Below are positions 60,487 to 64,000 of a stretch of 64,000 nucleotides of DNA, piece by piece; positions within the stretch are counted from its first letter, which is position 1, and each line of letters starts with the position of its first letter. Below the pieces are notes generated by a model. The model did no database searches. It had not been told where the DNA came from and worked only from the letters and a program-made list of their open reading frames with translations. The DNA lies in contig CAWJET010000001.1 of NCBI GenBank assembly GCA_963842085.1, forward strand, positions 1,696,001 through 1,760,000, read 5' to 3'. The translations under genes were made by a program, and so were the position numbers. The DNA comes from an uncultured delta proteobacterium. Its GTDB lineage: Bacteria > Desulfobacterota > Binatia > Binatales > Binataceae.

Positions 60487-61721
60487 ACGTATCGGTCGGG
60501 CTGATCGAAGGACAATCCGCCGTCGAAGTCGAATTGACGGGTACGTTTGCGGATGCTTCCGGCAAGCCGTACGCCGCCGGGCGCTACAGATTTACTTCCG
60601 ACGTTAAGCTCACGCCGTCGGACCCGGCATCGTGCGCGTTCGCGCTGGACGACGTCACGATCGGAATCGGATTTCATTGGCAACGCAAGGAGCGCCAGGT
60701 GTTCCGCGGGGCTTTTCGCCTCGTGAAACGAGAAGCCGGGCTGACGGTGACTAATGATGTTTCGCTCGAAGACTACGTCACGAGCGTGATTTCATCCGAG
60801 ATGAGCGCGTCCTGTCCGATCGAAATGCTGAAAGCTCACGCGGTGATTTCGCGCAGCTGGCTGTGGTTTCCGAAAGCAAATCCCTTGCGCTCCGGGAGCG
60901 GGCAGCGTCTCAATTCCCACGAAATCCTTCGCTGGTACGGCCGCGAAGCGCATCCGGATTTCGACGTGTGTGCCGACGACCACTGCCAGCGCTATCAGGG
61001 CATCACAAAAGCGTTCTCACCAGCGGCAGCCGAAGCGGTTCGCGCGACGGCCGGCGAGTTTCTCCGTTACAAGGGCGCTATCTGCGACGCACGGTTTTCC
61101 AAATCCTGCGGCGGAATAACCGAGCGCTACGCGACCGCCTGGGAAGATGAAGATATTCCCTATCTTGAATCAATCGACGACGGCCCGGCGCAGTCGTGCT
61201 CTTACACTCCTGAGACATGGATACGTTCAAGCCCGCCAGCTTACTGCAATACCCACGATTCGGAGCTTCTCTCACGCGTTCTTCCGGGATTCGATCGGGA
61301 GACCCGGGATTTCTATCGTTGGCGGGTCGAGTACACGCTCGAAGAACTTGCCGATCTGATCAGATCCAGGCTTGGCGCGGATCTTGGTCCGATTCGCGAG
61401 CTGCAGGCGCTCGCGCGCGGACCCTCAGGCCGAATATGTCGGCTGAAGATTACCGGAGAACGCGACTACATCATCATCGGTAAAGAACTGGAAATTCGCC
61501 GCGCCTTATCGCGCACACATCTTTACAGCTCTGCATTCGTCGTGGACCAGGAGGCCGGCCGCTTGGTCTTGAGAGGAGCCGGCTGGGGACATGGTGTCGG
61601 CCTATGCCAGATTGGGGCAGCAGTCATGGCAAATGAGGGCAAGACTTACACAGAAATCTTGCAGCATTACTATCGTGGAACCACTGTCAGGCCATCGCCT
61701 GCGCCGCGGCAAAGGCGCTAA
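60483..61721 (+). CDS. SpoIID/LytB domain lytic transglycosylase-like protein
   Basis: LEDYVTSVISSEM, LKAHAVISRS, DVCADDHCQRYQG, FSKSCGG, GWGHGVGLCQIGA, ILQHYY. Confidence 0.92.
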   Translation: MNVSVGLIEGQSAVEVELTGTFADASGKPYAAGRYRFTSDVKLTPSDPASCAFALDDVTIGIGFHWQRKERQVFRGAFRLVKREAGLTVTNDVSLEDYVTSVISSEMSASCPIEMLKAHAVISRSWLWFPKANPLRSGSGQRLNSHEILRWYGREAHPDFDVCADDHCQRYQGITKAFSPAAAEAVRATAGEFLRYKGAICDARFSKSCGGITERYATAWEDEDIPYLESIDDGPAQSCSYTPETWIRSSPPAYCNTHDSELLSRVLPGFDRETRDFYRWRVEYTLEELADLIRSRLGADLGPIRELQALARGPSGRICRLKITGERDYIIIGKELEIRRALSRTHLYSSAFVVDQEAGRLVLRGAGWGHGVGLCQIGAAVMANEGKTYTEILQHYYRGTTVRPSPAPRQRR

Positions 61722-63370
61722 TGCGGAGGAAGCGCCGCCGCGATAGGTCCGCGGAGTGCCTGGTTTGCGACTGTGGGTGTTCGCTCACTGGTCGTCGCCA
61801 CGATCGGATCTGCGGGCGTCCCCCCTGCGCGTTCAGACCTGAGCGTCACGTCGCGCGCGATTCCTTCCTCGTCGTTTACTACTTCCCCGGCACGAAACCA
61901 GTCGATGGCATCATCAATCCTACTGGCCTGCGCAAAGGCCCGCACTGCTGCGATTCCACCGGTGCCTTTGCGGTATATATCTCTCTCGCTCTCGAGGAAA
62001 ATCCGCCCATCGTCAAGCTGGGCCAGCATCAGGGGCAGGTAAAGTGTTTCGCCGCGATCATCCAGATCGACGGCGTTGAACAGCGCTTCGATATCGTCGG
62101 GATGCAACCGGATGCACCCATGGGTTCGGTAGCTGTACACGCTGATGGGATGATTGGTGCCGTGAATCCCGATTATAGGGAAACTCAGCCCGATCCAGTA
62201 TTTGCCGAGCGGATTGTCGGGTCCGGGTTCGATCTCGTCCACGACCTCCCTGCCCTGTTCTTGCTCTTCCCGCTGAATCGACGCCGGCAAGCGCCAGGTC
62301 GGATCTTCGCGCATCTGGATCACCCTGAACACGCCGATGGCTAATCCCATCGGTATACGGACCAGAAGGTTAAAGGCGGTGACGGCCAGGGACAGCGCGA
62401 ACAGATCATCCCTGCTGCCGAAGCGGGCAAAAGCCAGGGTGAAGACCAACTGAGTCGTTCCGATTCCACCTGGTGAGAACGGCGAATTTCCGATCGCAAC
62501 AATGAATGGCGTCAGTGCCAACGTCTGCATGAGCGGGACCTCGATATGAAAGCTGACGAACTGTCCATAGAGCGCAAAGCCCGCTACCAGGACGATTAGA
62601 AATCTGATGCCGAGGAGCTTGATGTAATGGGACGACCGCGCCATGCGGAAACTCGCCATCGAGGGCCGTTCGTAGAGCCATCGGAGCCAATTGCCAGCGC
62701 GGAGCCACGAACCCCATAAGAGCCAAAACGATGCGATGAGACAACCCGCGCCCAGCACGCCTGCGGCGTAGTTGAGACCCAGCCGAATCGGTGACGTCGG
62801 CACGAGGGCGATCGCCAGGAGCGACAATGTGGTCAGCAGCATGGCGTCGAGATAGCCCTGGAACAACAAGGTGCATCCGCCCATTATCCAGGGCACGCGC
62901 TTGCGTGCGTGCAGAAAGAGCACGAACGCGCCGCTCGCGACGTAGGAGTTCACAATCTGAAGAAAATAGGCCGCAGCCATGGTCGGAAGCAGTTCGACAA
63001 CTCCGGTCGGATCGTGAAAATAACTGAACAAGCGGGAATACAAGACGGTTTCGCCGATAAACCAGAATAGAAAGCCGCCCAGGCTGGCAATGATAAAAAT
63101 CCAGAGCGTGGCGTGATTTCCGGCGCCGGCCACCTGCCTCCAGGAGACGCCGCGCGCCGCGTAGCATACGATTGCCGCCGCAATCGCATATGCTACTAGG
63201 TTTTGCACTACCGTTTTGCGCACCAAACTTTTACTCGCTCTGGCACGACAGTTTACCCGTCGCGGAACGTGTATTACAGGCTGTTCATCACCAGCACGAT
63301 GCACGCCGCGCAGATTTTCCTGTGGATCCTGAAAGGCGGGGCCGGACCTTGATCGATCTCGCCAGACCAA
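61718..63370 (-). CDS. Chimeric ORF: LPG-synthase/flippase-like TM domain fused to a partial L,D-transpeptidase (YkuD/ErfK) domain
   Basis: Multi-TM region with PFSPGGIGT, then DPTW...PGPDNPLG...IGIHGTN...THGCIRL. The true start is probably around 63220. Confidence 0.72.
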   Translation of the reverse strand: MVWRDRSRSGPAFQDPQENLRGVHRAGDEQPVIHVPRRVNCRARASKSLVRKTVVQNLVAYAIAAAIVCYAARGVSWRQVAGAGNHATLWIFIIASLGGFLFWFIGETVLYSRLFSYFHDPTGVVELLPTMAAAYFLQIVNSYVASGAFVLFLHARKRVPWIMGGCTLLFQGYLDAMLLTTLSLLAIALVPTSPIRLGLNYAAGVLGAGCLIASFWLLWGSWLRAGNWLRWLYERPSMASFRMARSSHYIKLLGIRFLIVLVAGFALYGQFVSFHIEVPLMQTLALTPFIVAIGNSPFSPGGIGTTQLVFTLAFARFGSRDDLFALSLAVTAFNLLVRIPMGLAIGVFRVIQMREDPTWRLPASIQREEQEQGREVVDEIEPGPDNPLGKYWIGLSFPIIGIHGTNHPISVYSYRTHGCIRLHPDDIEALFNAVDLDDRGETLYLPLMLAQLDDGRIFLESERDIYRKGTGGIAAVRAFAQASRIDDAIDWFRAGEVVNDEEGIARDVTLRSERAGGTPADPIVATTSERTPTVANQALRGPIAAALPPH

Positions 63371-63548
63371 ACGGCGGATTGCAGGTCAGGTGACCCGTCG
63401 AACATTACAATCGGTTCTCTGCGGAACATTAGTTGAGAATGCCGATGCTGGTAAGGTCCGAGTGTCTGGCCTGATAATTGTACTCTACATATCGGTGAGA
63501 TCCGGAGAACAGCCAGCGGCGACGCCAACCAATTAGAGGGTATAAATC

Positions 63549-64000
63549 ATGTTCAAATTCACGCACTCATCAGCGCGCACAATCGCGACGGCAGCCCTGT
63601 TCGGCGCTGTCGTTCTCTACGGGCCTTTCGCTATCGCTGCGGGCGGTTTCGCTGGCTCGGCGTCCACAGTCCAACCTGGCTCTGCACCGGAGATTCTGGC
63701 GCAAGCCTCCGCGTCGCCAGCAACGACGGAACCAGCGCCGGCACCGGGGACCGCTGAGGCTCGTGATCCTGTCGAGGCGCACATCAAGGAACTGCATAAC
63801 AAACTCCACATCACGGCCGCCCAGCAGACTCAATGGGATAGCCTCGTGCAGGTGATGCGAGATAACGCGAAGGCGATGATCGATCTGCAAAAGCAAAGAA
63901 AAGAGGACGTCAGCACGATGACGGCTGTCGACGCCGTAAAATCCTATCAGGCGGTCATCGAAGCGCATGAGAAAGGAATGGAGAAATTCGTTCCAGCCTT
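63549..64000 (+). CDS. Spy/CpxP-family periplasmic chaperone (runs off the window edge)
   Basis: Translated by hand: MFKFTHSSARTIATAALFGAVV signal, then VEAHIKELHNKLHITAAQQTQW (LTxxQ-type motif). AGAGGG RBS. Missing from the ORF track. Confidence 0.8.
   Translation, partial: MFKFTHSSARTIATAALFGAVVLYGPFAIAAGGFAGSASTVQPGSAPEILAQASASPATTEPAPAPGTAEARDPVEAHIKELHNKLHITAAQQTQWDSLVQVMRDNAKAMIDLQKQRKEDVSTMTAVDAVKSYQAVIEAHEKGMEKFVPA

Overview
GC-rich bacterial chromosomal window with about 55 CDS. The gene repertoire (several LLM/F420 oxidoreductases, limonene epoxide hydrolase, AddAB, sigma-54 activators) resembles soil Candidatus Binatota/Binataceae, but that is only inference. In order, the window holds: an ABC-2 exporter pair; a K+ uptake locus (sigma-54 promoter, orphan ORF, 27-aa peptide, kdpF, kdpABC, stand-alone KdpD-N/USP protein, KinB-like kinase, AlgB/NtrC-like activator, no kdpE); mug; oxidoreductases; an SBP-less NitT/TauT-like ABC system; addB-addA; a selenoprotein split by the ORF track (in-frame UGA in WASW-U-GC plus a SECIS-like hairpin); queD; a frameshifted sigma-54 activator; MscS; a ferritin-like gene bracketed by inverted REP composites; a truncated DndB-like remnant; two EmrB-type MFS genes; rpsU with a 67-bp tandem repeat at its 3' end; an SDR/LLM/pseudo-enzyme cluster; a frameshifted GST; glgP; a MazF/PemK TA pair; a 127-bp MITE; and an accessory cell-wall cluster (DOMON-like, DUF1460 amidase, GT2, DUF4922, SpoIID, flippase-L,D-transpeptidase chimera) ending in a truncated Spy/CpxP gene. 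At least three REP-like repeat families fill the intergenic gaps. I found no rRNA, tRNA, CRISPR array or intact transposase. The best candidates for new biology are the sigma-54-driven kdp locus with its orphan lead gene, the selenoprotein and the cell-wall cluster. All family assignments come from motif recognition by eye, not database searches.
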